DNA from: Haplodiscus bocki
Taxonomy: Eukaryota
Reading direction: 5' to 3'
Length of the DNA: 64,000 nucleotides
Assembly (NCBI GenBank): GCA_965655095.1
Contig: OZ296650.1
Location: 74,648,001-74,712,000 of the forward strand
Positions 12,830 to 25,872 of the stretch are shown here, one piece after another. Position 1 is the first letter of the stretch, and each line of letters opens with the position of its first letter. Below the pieces are notes generated by a model. It was not told the origin of the DNA, did not search any database, and worked only from the letters and a program-made list of their open reading frames with translations. A program made the translations under genes and the position numbers.

Positions 12830-13374
12830 TTGAATTTTCGGGCTTGAATTCGGTTTCTTCAATTTGCTGGTAGGAAGCCCGAATGCCTAAATTTCGTGGT
12901 AGGAGTCCCAGAATCCTGAATTTTTGGTGGGAATCCTGTGTTTTCTGGCTTCTTGGTTGGATCTAGGTTCAAGATCTCAATGCGTGAAATTCGGAAACAA
13001 TTGCGCTAAATGCAATAAAGATTTTATATAATGTCCCATCCCTAATAATATCCTCTACGACTGCGCTATATTTGCCCTTGACAATAAAACTTCCATGTTG
13101 ATAAAATTGCAACGTGTTATTTGATATTTAATCAGCTAGGAAGTTTTATTGTCAAAGAGAGCTTAGCGCAGTGGTAAAGCATTTAGATACTGTCAGACGC
13201 AACTGCCTCGAACCCGTGTGTCATCCTTTTTTTTTAGTTTTTTTGCAAGTGTTCATCCTGGATAATCTTCCATGATCTTGCATGATCCTGGAAAGATTAC
13301 TGGATGTTTCTTTTAGGAATCTTAATGAATCCTGGATTGATCCTGGCAAGAAATCCAGGAAATCAAGCGCTGGG
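12830..13374. mobile_element. Non-autonomous DNA-transposon-like element with short (GA/AA)TCCTG/GATCTT subterminal repeats, central palindrome and ...GCGCTGGG end
   Basis: Many ATCCTG/ATCTT motifs occur at 12880-12980 and 13250-13365. The sequence ends CAAGCGCTGGG at 13374 (a CCCAG-type terminus as in animal CMC/EnSpm elements). Internal inverted repeat at 13053-13094 / 13139-13179. Confidence 0.45.
13053..13179. repeat. Imperfect inverted repeat with 17-bp perfect core, each arm ending in a tRNA A-box-like motif
   Basis: TTGACAATAAAACTTCC (13078-13094) pairs with GGAAGTTTTATTGTCAA (13139-13155). The outer parts read TAGCGCAGTCGTAGAG (-) and TAGCGCAGTGGTAAAG (+). Confidence 0.85.
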
Positions 13375-13959
13375 CGTCACGCTGGCATGACACAAGTAGC
13401 CGCCTGCAACAAGTATAGCCGGAGAGTTATTACGAGAAGTCGTCCGTAATTTGTTGGTCCTATAAAAACAGAAAACGTTTTAACACGGTTGAACTGCTTT
13501 TTTGGGTGTCTTGTGATTCCAAGAGCATCCATCTCTATTAAAAACAGCACCTAGACGCTCTCATTGCTCGAAGATATTCAAAATTCACAAAATACAGCTA
13601 TGACACGTACACAATTATTTGTGGGGAAAAAGGCTATTTAATAATCGTGGAAAATATTCCATTAAATGGCGTGCCTAAAATGATAAGAATGGAGTCACCA
13701 ACTCTAGTGCCGTCACTATTTCTGTCCAGTTGTTTAAGAGCCATAAAGCTAACCAAAAAGCAATAAAGTTTTTAAACGTCTTTCTTTGGAACTAAAAAGC
13801 AGAAAAAATTGACCTAAATTACATATTGATGGAAGAAAGTGTGTGCAAAATGCGAATGAGATACAAATTTTGTAGACTTTAAAATTGATGAACAGACTGT
13901 TCCGCTTTCTTCAATATTAATGAAATTTATAATTGCTCCCGTGAGTCATTCCTCCTCAG

Positions 13960-14829
13960 ATGTACACAATTTATTCACGTGACCCAGCAAAACCCAGGAA
14001 AGCCTATCTGAAGCGAGGGATTCTGTACGCAAAAGGATTCAATAGTAGTAGCAGTACATTATCAGATGAAACTCACTTCTCAAATGGGTATCAATTTCCG
14101 ATACCTGGCTTTAGCTCTTTTGACAATGCGATCACTGAATCAAAACCCGATTTCTTCAGACCTAGCAGAGACGCATTTAGCAACAAAATTTACAAAAGAC
14201 AAAACTCAGTTCCCAACACGTTGCATTTTCAGGTGTTCGAAACGCATTCTTCCACCAACAGAGCCCAACAAAGTGCGTCTGAGTTGGGTAACCTGAATGA
14301 TAATAAATATTGCCTAAAAGCCTCGACGATCGACGTGTTGCACAGAACAGAATTCTTTACCAACTCTTCCTTAGGTAGCTTACAGAGGCAATGGAAGCAT
14401 GGCACTTTCGGAGACAAGAATTATCAAAAATCAAGCGTCTCTTCTCGACAAGAAAGACTTGAACAGCTTCGACAACAGAAGCTGCAGCGATTGCTAAATC
14501 GAGAGGCGTTAGTGAAGAGACAGAAACATTTGAAATATGTGGGACTTTGGAGAAAGGCGATAAAGAAGATCACGAGACAGCAACAAGAACGAAAACTTCG
14601 ATTGCACATGTATTGGGTCAATGCATCCAAAGAGCTGATGAAGAAACATTTCAAAAGGAAATCCGATAAAATTCAGGATCAATATGCGTTGTTATGTTCT
14701 GAGATGGGTCGCCTCCTAGTGGACGAATGGCACGATTTCAAGCAGAAAGATTTCAGTCTAGGTGACGTCATGCAAGAGATTGACAACGACCACCAACGGA
14801 AACTTGTGGATGAGATGAAAGCAAAAATT
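13960..14829 (+). CDS. Probable first coding exon of a host gene of unknown function (coiled-coil-rich C-terminal half)
   Basis: Longest ORF in the window (309 aa), with an ATG start and no TE motifs. A consensus donor ATT|GTGAGT at 14829/14830 precedes the T-rich ORF tail. Confidence 0.7.
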
Positions 14830-15588
14830 GTGAGTGTTTTACTGTTTTACTTATTTTCCAAACTTGTAATTTCCAAAATATTTGTATAGCTGTGTCTATC
14901 CCTTGCAACAGACCTCAAACTGTGCCCCAAAAAACCTGCATGTGAATTTCCGCACAATTCACCAGAGTACATGGTTGGTACTGCTATGCTTGTGAATTAT
15001 ATTTCGTATATTAGCATAATTTTGTAACCTACAGATAATGATACCAGACGGTTCTTGTGTCAATTTTGTTACTCCTGGGCCATGGACAACCCAGAAAATC
15101 CTATTAGGCTATCAATAAGTCCTGTTAATCCTGATCCCACCATTTCAAACCTAAATTCCTTTGATCTCAATTAACGAGGTGTTTATGGAATTTGATCAAG
15201 AGCAACCTTTAAATTTTCATAAGCTTTGCACCTTAATTTTTTTCTGAAGAATAACAAACTTGCAACCCCCCTGACATAACCCTCATATCAAATCACAAAT
15301 TTTCCATTTCTCTATGGGACCAAAATGAAAAAAGAACTGATAGCAACGAAAGATTTCGAAGTTTGATGCGAGACAGCATTTTAAAACTCGAAGAATAATA
15401 TTGGGAAAAGTTTGATGATAGACTATTAATTCAAATGTTTCTTGCATTCCAGGAAGGGTTTTTTTGCAAGCATCAGTGCTCATTACCCGCCATATGACGA
15501 ATGTCTCTGACTACGGCTCTCCATGGAGTACAATTACCAGCATCTTGTTTTGCAATTGTAAACCAGTTTTCTTCCCATTTTTTCTTAG

Positions 15589-15597
15589 AGGTTCCAG
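15589..15597 (+). CDS. Candidate 9-nt micro-exon (R-F-Q)
   Basis: A polypyrimidine tract TTTTCTTCCCATTTTTTCTTAG is followed by AGGTTCCAG and then GTAAGG. Phase 0 on both sides. Confidence 0.35.
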
Positions 15598-17425
15598 GTA
15601 AGGCTTGAAGTCCTTTCAGCTCAACTTTTCTCCAGCTGGTTTTCACACCTCCACAAGGGAGTTACCATGAATCAGCCTTGACAAATGCGAGGCAAGCATT
15701 AGGGTGTTATGCCCACATGAGGGAAATAAGGAATATCTACATATCCTTAAACTTACGCTATGTTACATACGTTTGAAGCCATTATTATCACTAATATCCT
15801 AATGCAAGTTCTGTAGGCACCAACTGCTTAAAGGGATAAATGCAAATATGCACTATTACTGCCCTTTCCCCGTTACGAACAAGACTATGTAATATGAAAA
15901 CAATTATATGTATTAATTAGAAAAGTGTTGCTGAGCCTATAAAGGTATAACTCGGTTCAAAAAAATGAGCCACCAGACGTTCTTAATTTCTCTTCAAAGA
16001 GTAAACGCAAAACAACGAAGAATAAATGGATGCCTATTTTAGGGAATTGTTCTGAGATTGGAGAAAGTCATTCAATAATTTGTCCATATGTATCGATGCA
16101 ACGTTGGAATCGCCCAAGTATATAATCTATCAGCGAAAGATAGATAGTTCAGTAGAAACTAGAACGTGATTTTTTGTTCCGCTTCTCTCGATGTCCGATA
16201 TACTGTAGATTTTACACTATAACGTTTCTTGATGTTTGAACTTCTCGGGTTATTTGCAAAGTTGATTTTAAGGGGCTATGAGGGCTTTTTGGCAAACTGA
16301 TTTTTCACCATTTTGATTGAGAGCTCGGGGTCTTCCACGTCTCTGCCTTCTCTTGATTGTATCCTGTTGGGTTAGTTTTTCCAAGTATCGGTAGAAGGTA
16401 GCTTTGGGCATTATCGATAGAATTTGTTACTCAGCAGTATCGTTCGTAACATGAGATAATAGAATGAAAGGCGTGCTTCCACGAAAATGTTTTGAATACC
16501 TGTTTCGCGTTCTATTCGACACACGCGTCTGATTTGTCTGATCGGTGACGCCAGACCGCCAACATTATGTATCAACATGAGGGAAATCTTGATGACTTCC
16601 ATTTTTGCAAAAAAAAGTTTTTGTTGACAACGACAATTCTCAAAATTTCTGAACCAAGCTATATATTCATCCATCGAAGTGCCATATACTGACCAAAGCG
16701 CTAAAAAACATCCTGGAAAAAGACAAAATATCCAATGAAGTATCGAATATATTGAGATAACATAGTTGAGACATGAAAAAAGCCGGTCAGTCAGCTCCAA
16801 CGGTAAGATTAAGAGCCACTACAAGTGCCCTCAGTGGCTGCCCGACTAACTAAAGTAAGACACTGCTTTAAAGGAGCCGGAATACATTTGTATCAGAAAA
16901 AATCTTTTCGATGTTTTGAACCTACAGTCCTTTCTGCTCAGCATAAAGAAGAATATCATTGAAAAAAGATACACATGAGACAGAAAACAATAACAAAGTA
17001 AATTAATGACCAATACGAGGTCCATCGAATTACATCCAAGTAGTGTGAGCTACTGACAGTGCTGTATCAAGTACTAGTCAGTAATCGGTTTTTTTTCCTA
17101 GTAAGGAAAGCGTCCCATAGTAACCGCTGCCATGTTTTACATTTTCGTTTGTTTCCATCGAAATAATGACCACTACCTAAACTGAACCTTTCATTCTTTT
17201 TGAAAACCCATTGTTTTTCATCAGTGATGAGGATCACAATATCTACCTTGAAACGTTAAGTTAGACTTCAACAGTTTCCTTCAAGAAAATAGAAAAGTTT
17301 GTAACTTCTGATCGTAATTGCCTGACTGTATACCTATATTTTTTAAAATGAAGTAACGGAACTGGGTTATTGCGGACTACAACGGAATTCAGCTAAATTA
17401 GGAACCAAACACAGACTTTCTACAG

Positions 17426-17542
17426 AATACCGCTAACAGTATGTCAAAGGAGCATGAGTACCGAAAAGATGATTTCCAGTGGACAATAGCAAAGCCTCGT
17501 ATTGATACAGTGCGACGCAATTACCACTTGGAGAAACTGTAA
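17426..17542 (+). CDS. Candidate terminal exon of the 13960 gene (NTANSMSKEHEYRKDDFQWTIAKPRIDTVRRNYHLEKL*)
   Basis: Acceptor CTTTCTACAG is followed by a phase-0 open frame to TAA at 17540-17542, compatible with the exon 1 phase. Confidence 0.4.
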   Translation, partial: NTANSMSKEHEYRKDDFQWTIAKPRIDTVRRNYHLEKL

Positions 17543-20500
17543 AGTAGCCAAACACCTTGTATTTTTATAATTGCGGATGAAATAAGTTTTTTGCTGAAGT
17601 TGTTACTTAGATACCGACGTTGATACGTACCGATCTTTTACCTATGCAACTTCATTCCACTGAATTTGCATGAATATGACGCTACATGATAATAGCCAAA
17701 CTGTCGTTGTGCATTCACACCTGAATTAATTAGTCAGTATAGCAATGATTGATCCAACTACTACTGGCAGATTGTAAGAATTGCGTTTTACAATTGGTCA
17801 CGTGATCACGCAAATCTACCAAGAGCCAGCTCAAATTTAGCGCAACCATGAGATGAGATCAGCTCACGCTGTGACATACGTAACTAGTCAACGTCGTAGT
17901 AGCTTTTAAACTCTTTGTAGCAGATACAGAAATGCATCTAAAGCCATGTAACAGTTTCAAGGCTTCATTACTTGAATGGCAGTTTTCGCCACACAGAGAA
18001 AATTCAGCAGCGGTATAAGATTCAACAATTCCACACAAAATAGAATGTGAAATCAATAACTCTGAAAAAAATGCCCTCCAAAATGCTCACGTGATCTGAA
18101 CCACAAATGTTGACACAAGAAGCGGTGGATGAGCATTTTAAAAATTGCATCACTTTTTTGACCGAACAGCCAGATGATTTGACTCGGCTGATACAAGAGA
18201 TGTCGCGTGATCATCAGAAAATAATTCCTCTAGTGGCGAGTACATTGCTAGTTTTGGCAGAGGCGGTACATCGTCCGACAGAGGGATACAGAGATTTTCT
18301 ATGCGAAGCACACGGCCAAGCAAGTTGAGACGTGTGTGTATAGTTCGAGCAGTGTCGGAGTTCTTCATACTGAGCTCATCTAGGTATCTTTTGTCGGAGG
18401 ATTCTAGAGGGTGATGTCAGCATTTTTCACCATTACTGAAAGTCGTTAAGGAGAACGTCATTACGTAAGCCCTGTAAATTTTTCACACGTGACGGAATGC
18501 ATTTTTTTAGCCATAAGGAGCAAAGTTGTTACAACTTTCCACAGGCCAGCCCGACTGGGTCTTGATTGGATGTGATAAGTCATCATTAAGTTGCGGGGTG
18601 GGTTGCTGCCGAGGTAACAGAAGTTCGGTACTTTTTCGACTGGCTGTTTGTTGCGTAAGATTTGATCAATAACAAGTTTATTTTTGGAGATGTTGACTTA
18701 GAGTCCACATTTTGAAGTCGATGTCGTCGTTGCTCCATCGAGAAGTTTCTGCGCGTCCTCTTCGTTGTCTTTTCTTAGGCAAAAGGCATCTGCAAAGTCC
18801 AGGTTAAAATTTTCTGTTCAAAGGCACTAATCTAAATGAATTTTCTCCAAAAGCAGCTCGATACGAGTTTTGCATGCCACTGAAACAAACCAGATAATTC
18901 AGGAATTTAAGCATTACCCTATTTAATAACCAAATGCAATTGTTTGATATTTGTCTAAACTTGTGAAATTATAAACTTATAAAATTTTGCTTCGCTTGCA
19001 GTTCTGCTCAACAATATGCATACTTTTTTTCCAGCTTTTTAATCGCAATATACCTCAGTTTGTAGTTCGAGTTTTGACAAATTTCGAAAGTGTTTCTTGC
19101 GCAGATTGTCCGCCGAGTTTCAATCATCGGCTCAAAAAGATTTTCCCAATTGAAAGATGCTTCGAGTAGCATGTATTCTTTTCAACCAAATTTATACTCT
19201 GCAAAAAATTTGAACTTTTATATGGAAAAAAAGTTTGACCTTCCTTCAAAAATGTTTCCTCAGAGAAGATTTATCGGATTGTAACTATTGAAGCTATTCT
19301 GTGCTATTGTTGTCTGGGAGGCAGTGTTGACGGAATTATTGACCATCGTGAATTTCCCAGCGCGCCGAGGATAGTCATTTCTGAATTGAGCAGATAATCT
19401 TTCGTCAATCGTTTTACTTATGGTCTCACTGTCGTCAGCTAAGATGCTAAACCGTTTATCTGCAGGCTCAACAGCCGGCGTATTTGGTACTTGGTTCGTT
19501 TTTAACGATTTACGTCTCTTGAACAGATCTTTTTCCGGTTTTGATTTCGAGAAGACCTCATATTGTTTAAAACATTTCTGCAAGAAGGCAAGAATTAATT
19601 TCAGAAAATTAACTGAAGAGATTGAAAATTTTGCGAATAAAGTCACGACCTTCAACTAATTAGAAGGCACGAAAATTATTCTCCTCTCCATGTTATTTTG
19701 GGGTACAAACAGATAGTTGTCATGGCGAGAAAGCTATATCTTTCCTCCGTAACCACATTATTCCCTCTTTCAGTGACGCGACCCAGTTGGGATTGAAACT
19801 TTCCGCCACTAAGCTGAGCATTCGTCAAGTCTCCTACGAAGAAGGACAAACATCCTCCAGAGGCTAAAAATTGTTTTGAATCGTAGCGGTACTTTGACCG
19901 CGCTAAAAGTTGAAGTTATCATGAACCCGCCGAAAATTGGGAAATGAAACACATCAAAATTGCACTAATTTTGAGAAATAATACTCATGAGTTAACTAAA
20001 AGCATCTTCCTTTAATATTGGACGTTTTTGATAATTCAAATTTTTCGAAGATACTTTCCTAATGACAATTCAACTCAGACGCAGGCTTGACACAAGCTCA
20101 AGTTTACACTCAGCTGACCTAACGGTGACACCGGCTCACTTGTATTAGGTGGAATAGTCAGAAGTGTCAACAGTCGACCCACTGTTGATGTCAGTTAAAA
20201 GAACAGAATCAAATCTGGAAATAATTGTGCGTAATATACACGCGTTTTCACACCTTTCAAATAGCGTTTCTCAACTCGATAGTTCGCAATCAGTTCTTCT
20301 GACTTCAGAAAGTATTTGCTCGATTATTGTTTTAAGTAGATACCTGAAAAATCCGTAAAGTCATCTCAACAAAACGAAGTTAAGTTATATATCAACAAAA
20401 GATACGTCTACGTGGCGTCAAACTACGCGAAATTGTAAAGGTTGGGTGAGTTTTGCGTGATGACAAAAACATACAACAAATTTCTTGTTCTGTTTTTTAG

Positions 20501-21206
20501 AATTAGTTACAAAAAATGTTTTAACAGCAAAAATAGCTTTTAATGACAAATTTGTGTAAATCTAGTTCCTGAATACGCTTTTCCCGTCAGTTCTTCATCC
20601 AAATCGATCTGGTAAATGTTCGAGGGCACTAGCAGGTAGTGCAGTGAGCACTCTGGCACAAACAGGCTTCTCAGTCGCCTGAGGAGTATCATGACAGTGA
20701 CTATCAAGTACAAATAAGAAAAATTAAGGTGACGACTACATAGGTAAAGTTTTGAGACCAGTTAAGCGCTATCATGTTTTTCCATGATTTATGCTAAGTT
20801 GTATCTAGAAAAGCGTAAGCTTTTGATTTTTTATTTCTTGCAGTTTACATTCCACACTCTGTTGGCATCATGGTAGGTCTGTAGAAGCCGGCTAGAACTG
20901 ATCGTAGTCAGCAGGTCCCCCGCATTGTTTAAAACTTTGCAGTGGTTAAAAGTTTCAGAACAACAACAGAAAAGTATTGCATAGGTTTATGATTGCATAA
21001 AAACTGTACAAATATCGTTGTTCTTTGATGAAATTAATCTCAGACACAAAAATTTGACTAATATTTTGCAAATGGAGCACTTCATTACTTTCAGTACATT
21101 ATGGCGTCACAAACTGCAGATTTGCAATTTTGAAAAACTGCCTTGGCTGAACTTTTTCCCTGAAGCACAGTTATTTTTCCAAGATCACGCATATTTCCGC
21201 CAATAC

Positions 21207-24200
21207 CGCTGCTGCCACCATTCTAAGATTCGCCGATGCGCCCTTATTGTATCACATTCTAGGACATAATTGAAGATTGGCGGCCTCCTGCCAAAAAGCA
21301 CCGGTAATGTTGCCTATATCTTAGAAAGAGAACGCAGCTAAATTATGATAACGTAGTTCAATATTTTGAAGATATTTTTTGGAGGACTCCAATAGATATC
21401 CTTCAGTTTTTGAGATAAAACATTATTGGACTTGACTTACTTTCACAAATCTGATACCACAATTTTGCGGATGATTTTTTTTGTCTCAAAACAAGCAAAA
21501 AGCAGCTTTTGCTTGGAAAACTGTGATCACTACGTTGTATATATGCTATCACTTTGTGAACTGATCAAAATTTTTAAACAGAAGATTGAATTTCAGTTAT
21601 TGCTAATAGCAACTTCTGTTCATCAACATCTGAAAAGAGGTAAAGTTTCTGGGTTCCGCCCAAAACTTAATACATAACACGGAAACATTTTTTGAGCTAC
21701 AATAAAATCAATGTAAGGTTGTCTGCTAACGGAGGAACTTTGCTAACATCGTCGCTCGGCGCTTTTTTGCCCGGAACGCCGGTATCCGCCGCTATTTTGC
21801 AACGAAGTACCGGGCACGGCGGCACTTTTCTCCTTCCGTTGTGAACAAAAGTTCGGCCCAGGTTTGGAAATAATCTCCAAAGATCTTGTACGGCTCCGAA
21901 ACCTGACGCAAAACTCTTTGAGGTGCATGAGATTTTATTTTGCAAAAAAGATCATTTTTTGTTTTACTTATTCAAACGCCGAATCAACTGTTTACTCAAT
22001 GACAAGGTAAGAGCTCAGAGCAACTGAATGAGCAAATCGAGTTTAGAGCTAGGTCTAATACATTGCATTCAAAAAGCTCGCAAGAAACAAATTCGTGAAC
22101 TAATTTGCATCTTAAATATTTAGAACGCTAAGAACAGCTCCTCAAACACAACTCAGCATTACCCATCAACCAAACACAAAAAATGGGGGAGCAAAAAAAT
22201 TCAACCGTTTTTGGCCCGGAATTTTGTCTCACAGTGCCAAAAACTCATAGGTTAGGCTCCCTTGGTACCTTTTATTCACAGTGGGACATTATATACCTTC
22301 TCTCTTGCACAGATAAACGTTTAAGCTGTAGACTAGATGCGCTAGTACTGGAGTAATTGTCAATCACGACGGCCAATCATGTATTCAAAATTGGATGTGC
22401 TACCAAAAACAAACGATGTCACCTCAAAAGTCGATTTTTTTTCGAAGTCCCGGCAAACAAATTCTATTTTTGTCGGCCTTGTAGTAATTTTACCAAGAAG
22501 CACAAGTATTACAATATTAACATTTTTTGCGTGCTGTGTTGGAACTTACAGGTAAGCATACTCTTGAAGTTTTCCCCAAAAACAAATGCTATAAATGTTT
22601 TTGGTATTCTTCGGTGGCATCTTTCAAATAATTTTCTGAAAAACAAACAGCAAAAAGTTCTATGATAATAGAATTTTTCGTTTTGCACATCCGAACTTGA
22701 AAAAAAAAACAGGTATGTGAAATCTTCGAGACACCGCCTGTTCTATTATTTTTTCGGAAAAATTCGGTCATCTGCTTGTAATTCCCTGTTTCTGGAAAAG
22801 CAAATTGTGATGAGTGTGTGTTTGCCGGTCAATGTTCCTTTCGTTGACCAACAAATCACCCTCCTCTACGGTAATATTGCCACGAGTCTCCTCGATCCTA
22901 TTTAGGTCTGTACGTGAGTTTATTCTGCTAGAAGCGGTCATTTGTAGGCCTTCAATATTACCCGAGAAATCCCTCTGATCAAGTTCCAATACATTACCGT
23001 CAACACTCCGTTTTGAAGACGCATTGGCTGACTTCATGGCCAATTCTACCCTTGCAATCGCCAAACTTTCATTGGCAGCCAGTACTGCATCTTGCACTCT
23101 AGTTTCGACCGTTGTCATCACACTATCCACTTCCCTTCGTACTTTACTAACAATGATTTTCTCAAGTGTGTACATATCCACTTGTGGATAATTAGCTTGA
23201 CTTGTATCGTTGGTATTGTTCAAAGAATTAGCTCTGTTTGCCATGTTTTTTATACCTTCAGCTTCAGCACTGTGATTGCTTTGTCCAATAATAAAATCAG
23301 CGTCGAATTCACTTAACTGGCTCAAGAGCATTTTATTTTGCTGTTTTTTGTTCTGAGTAGAAACCATATTGGAATTAACAAATGAATGAACCAATGGAGT
23401 CGAACAAGTTACTACAAATTGAACAGTAAAAGACTAACACAAGAAAATAGCGAGAAATCAGTTCTGAGAGTTCTGGAGCGACTTGTCGTTAGGTCTGCAA
23501 ATTTTTTATGAAGCATCTTTTTCAGGTCAACTCCCAGTCGTGTCTTTTTATTCGACTTGAAGTTTGTCCTCCAATCAGGGTACTTTGTTTCATGACGTCA
23601 CAACTGCAACTACAACTAGAACCATGGCTATAAATAACATAAAAGGGAAAATACCGCAAATACATGACATCATACTATAAAAAGCAACAAATTAAAATTA
23701 CCAAAATAGCATAATTATGGTTTTCCTAAAACATAATACTTTTTATGAGAACTCCATGTACTCAAATTTAAAAGCATCAGAGTGGTTATGTTAGCTGGTT
23801 GTAGGGCTAAGGATTGTGCTAAAACACCTTTAAAAGAGTTTTTGGACTATTTTTCGGTTTAGGTCAAAATTATGAAGCGTGAACGGTGTTTATCCAAATA
23901 GGTAGGTCAAACACCGCTCAATGAAGGTTAGCTTGACCGATATTTATAAAATACCTCCAAAAAGATAAATTATCAGTTAGTATGTGATTTATGAGCTCCG
24001 ACTGGTTCTCTTCATGGAATTTGACGTTGCTCAACATCAAGCACCCCCATAATTGAGTGAATATAGTTAGTTTTAGGCTATTAGCCAATGAGAATAGAGA
24101 ACCGCCACAATCAATTGTTTACGTCCTGGTACAGTATTTAGATTTTTGCTCGCTTTCAATTTGACGTTTCCGTCTATGGTATGGATTTACTTTATATGTA

Positions 24201-25465
24201 CTTTAATATAAGATAATATTTACATGAAACGTCTTATATAACAAAATCCAGAAGTTTTTAGTTGTTTCTTCCGTCTTGAAATAGGGGCAAATGTCTTCTA
24301 TGATTTCCGTTGTGGACATTTCCACACGTAATGTCGTATACTTGTCCGTCGCAAGCGGCAGCCTGCGACCCAAATATCAAATTTTTTTGTCCTAGTGAGT
24401 TTGTTGACGTGCGTAGACTCTGCCAAGGAGCACCCGTAATTTTCTTAGGTATTGAGACTTGAAAAAACTCACAGTAACCTTTTTGGTTGTACGAAAGTTT
24501 TGAGAGAAAAACATTTGAAAACACCAAAAGGTACGTCTTAAGAATATTTTGCACCCTACAGATGGCGCTGATTTTGGCCGTTCTCGGTTTAAACTTTCCT
24601 ATAAATTTCATACGTAAGTCTCTGAAATGCTCTTTTTACAAAGCTTTACCCTGTTATACTCCTCAACTATGAGACTTAATTTGATGCTTCATTGTGATTA
24701 AGCAGAGATATCTGTTGTAAAATTTCAATACCTTAGAGCTTATTTTTTCAGTCACTAGGTTCAATATCCTCAGTTCAAATACCCCCCCCCCCCACCAAGT
24801 AAGCAAAACTTTGGCTCGGAAGAACATAAAAGCGACTTTTTGTCGTTCCGGACTTTTCAAGCTGGATTTTTCAGGAGATACACAAATGCAGACGCGTCTC
24901 CATTCTCATAGATGGTAGTAAATCTTTGAAATCAGTTGAGTGAGAAATGAAGGCATTAAGAAGAAGAATACGAAGAAAGAAGAGGAAGAAGAAGAAGAAA
25001 AAGAGTCCATTTCTTTATATTGAATTATTTTTCCTTCGTAAATGGAAAGAAAATGAACGACACAAGGCATCTGTTTCTACTTCGTTTCAATTCTCAAAAA
25101 GCTGTATTTCTTGAAACGTTTTTCACAATCAATTCAGTTTTCACGTTCAACGTCAGCTTATTTTTTACTGGCAAAATATCTTTTTGTTTTTTGTTTAGAA
25201 GGAAGACGAGAGGGTGGAACACATGAAACAGTTACGTCGCAAGTACAAAACACCAGACAGATTTGATCTTTAAGAATCTGCGAAGAGCAGGTTTGATTCG
25301 CGGTCTATTCAAATGTGTGCAATAAATGAAATAAATTATGCATCCCATTAATTGTGTTGTTACTTGTACTTGTATCATGGATACCTCAGGGATCTCAAGG
25401 AAATAGCAGCTTGATCTCATTCCAGCACCATTTATTGTTTGATAAATTTTCACATGTGTCAACAA
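21207..25465 (-). CDS. Candidate multi-exon host gene; exons ~25465/25350-25236, 24362-24224, 21902-21811, 21287-21207, probably continuing to ~20870 and ~20700-20550
   Basis: Four successive GT-AG exons have mutually consistent phases (2,0,2,2) and give ...CFVLAT|LPLATDKY...LLYKTFH|VSEPYKIFGDYFQTWAELLF...RRAR|RPPIFNYVLECD...LEWWQQR. No family recognised. Confidence 0.4.
22768..23394 (-). CDS. ORF inside the solo LTR (MVSTQNKKQQNK...RQTHTHH), probable gag N-terminal extension
   Basis: The 208-aa open frame runs to the LTR edge (…THTHH ends at TCACA) and stops only in flanking DNA. Confidence 0.5.
   Translation of the reverse strand: MVHSFVNSNMVSTQNKKQQNKMLLSQLSEFDADFIIGQSNHSAEAEGIKNMANRANSLNNTNDTSQANYPQVDMYTLEKIIVSKVRREVDSVMTTVETRVQDAVLAANESLAIARVELAMKSANASSKRSVDGNVLELDQRDFSGNIEGLQMTASSRINSRTDLNRIEETRGNITVEEGDLLVNERNIDRQTHTHHNLLFQKQGITSR
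22806..23602 (-). mobile_element. Solo-LTR-like element (~800 bp) with TGTGA...TCACA termini
   Basis: 5-bp inverted TG..CA termini at 22806 and 23602, AATAAA on the - strand near 23550, and a long internal ORF. No target-site duplication was seen. Confidence 0.6.
24958..25005 (+). repeat. Imperfect (GAA)n microsatellite
   Basis: Directly visible. Confidence 0.85.
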
Positions 25466-25872
25466 CTCTTCAATTTGTGACGAAGTTCATTGTGTGAACC
25501 GAACACATTTTCAACCACGTAAATTTAGATACGAAGAGTTAGCAGGCTGCTGAACTTGAACGGGTCACGAAAGTTATGAAACAAACTGCCAGTTCTCAAG
25601 GTGAATGGAACTTTTTTCCATCTATCATAAACAAAAAGTAAATCATCAGTGTAGCAAGCCGAGAGAGGCTAAAGACAACGCCGACCGCAGGGCTAAAAAT
25701 ATCCACGGGGGACTCATTTTTTGGTAAAAATTTGGCTTTGTTGGCGGAAAATTGAGTCGATTTTTTAATGTTGTACGCGTTTTCGCTTATTATGGTTTTT
25801 CAGAGGGGGTATCGAGAACAAAGTTTGAACCAAAGGTCCCATTTTTTTCCAAAAACAAAATGCGTTCGAATT

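Noticed and set aside
13159-13230. Possible tRNA gene
   Set aside because: The A-box is present but the B-box is degenerate, and no acceptor or anticodon stems could be formed. Treated as tRNA-like motif only.
17800-20100. ORF fragments (18107-18328, 19260-19655 with RFSILAD; a DGMH motif near 18495)
   Set aside because: Probably a decayed repeat or LINE ORF1 region, but strand and family could not be fixed from the sequence.
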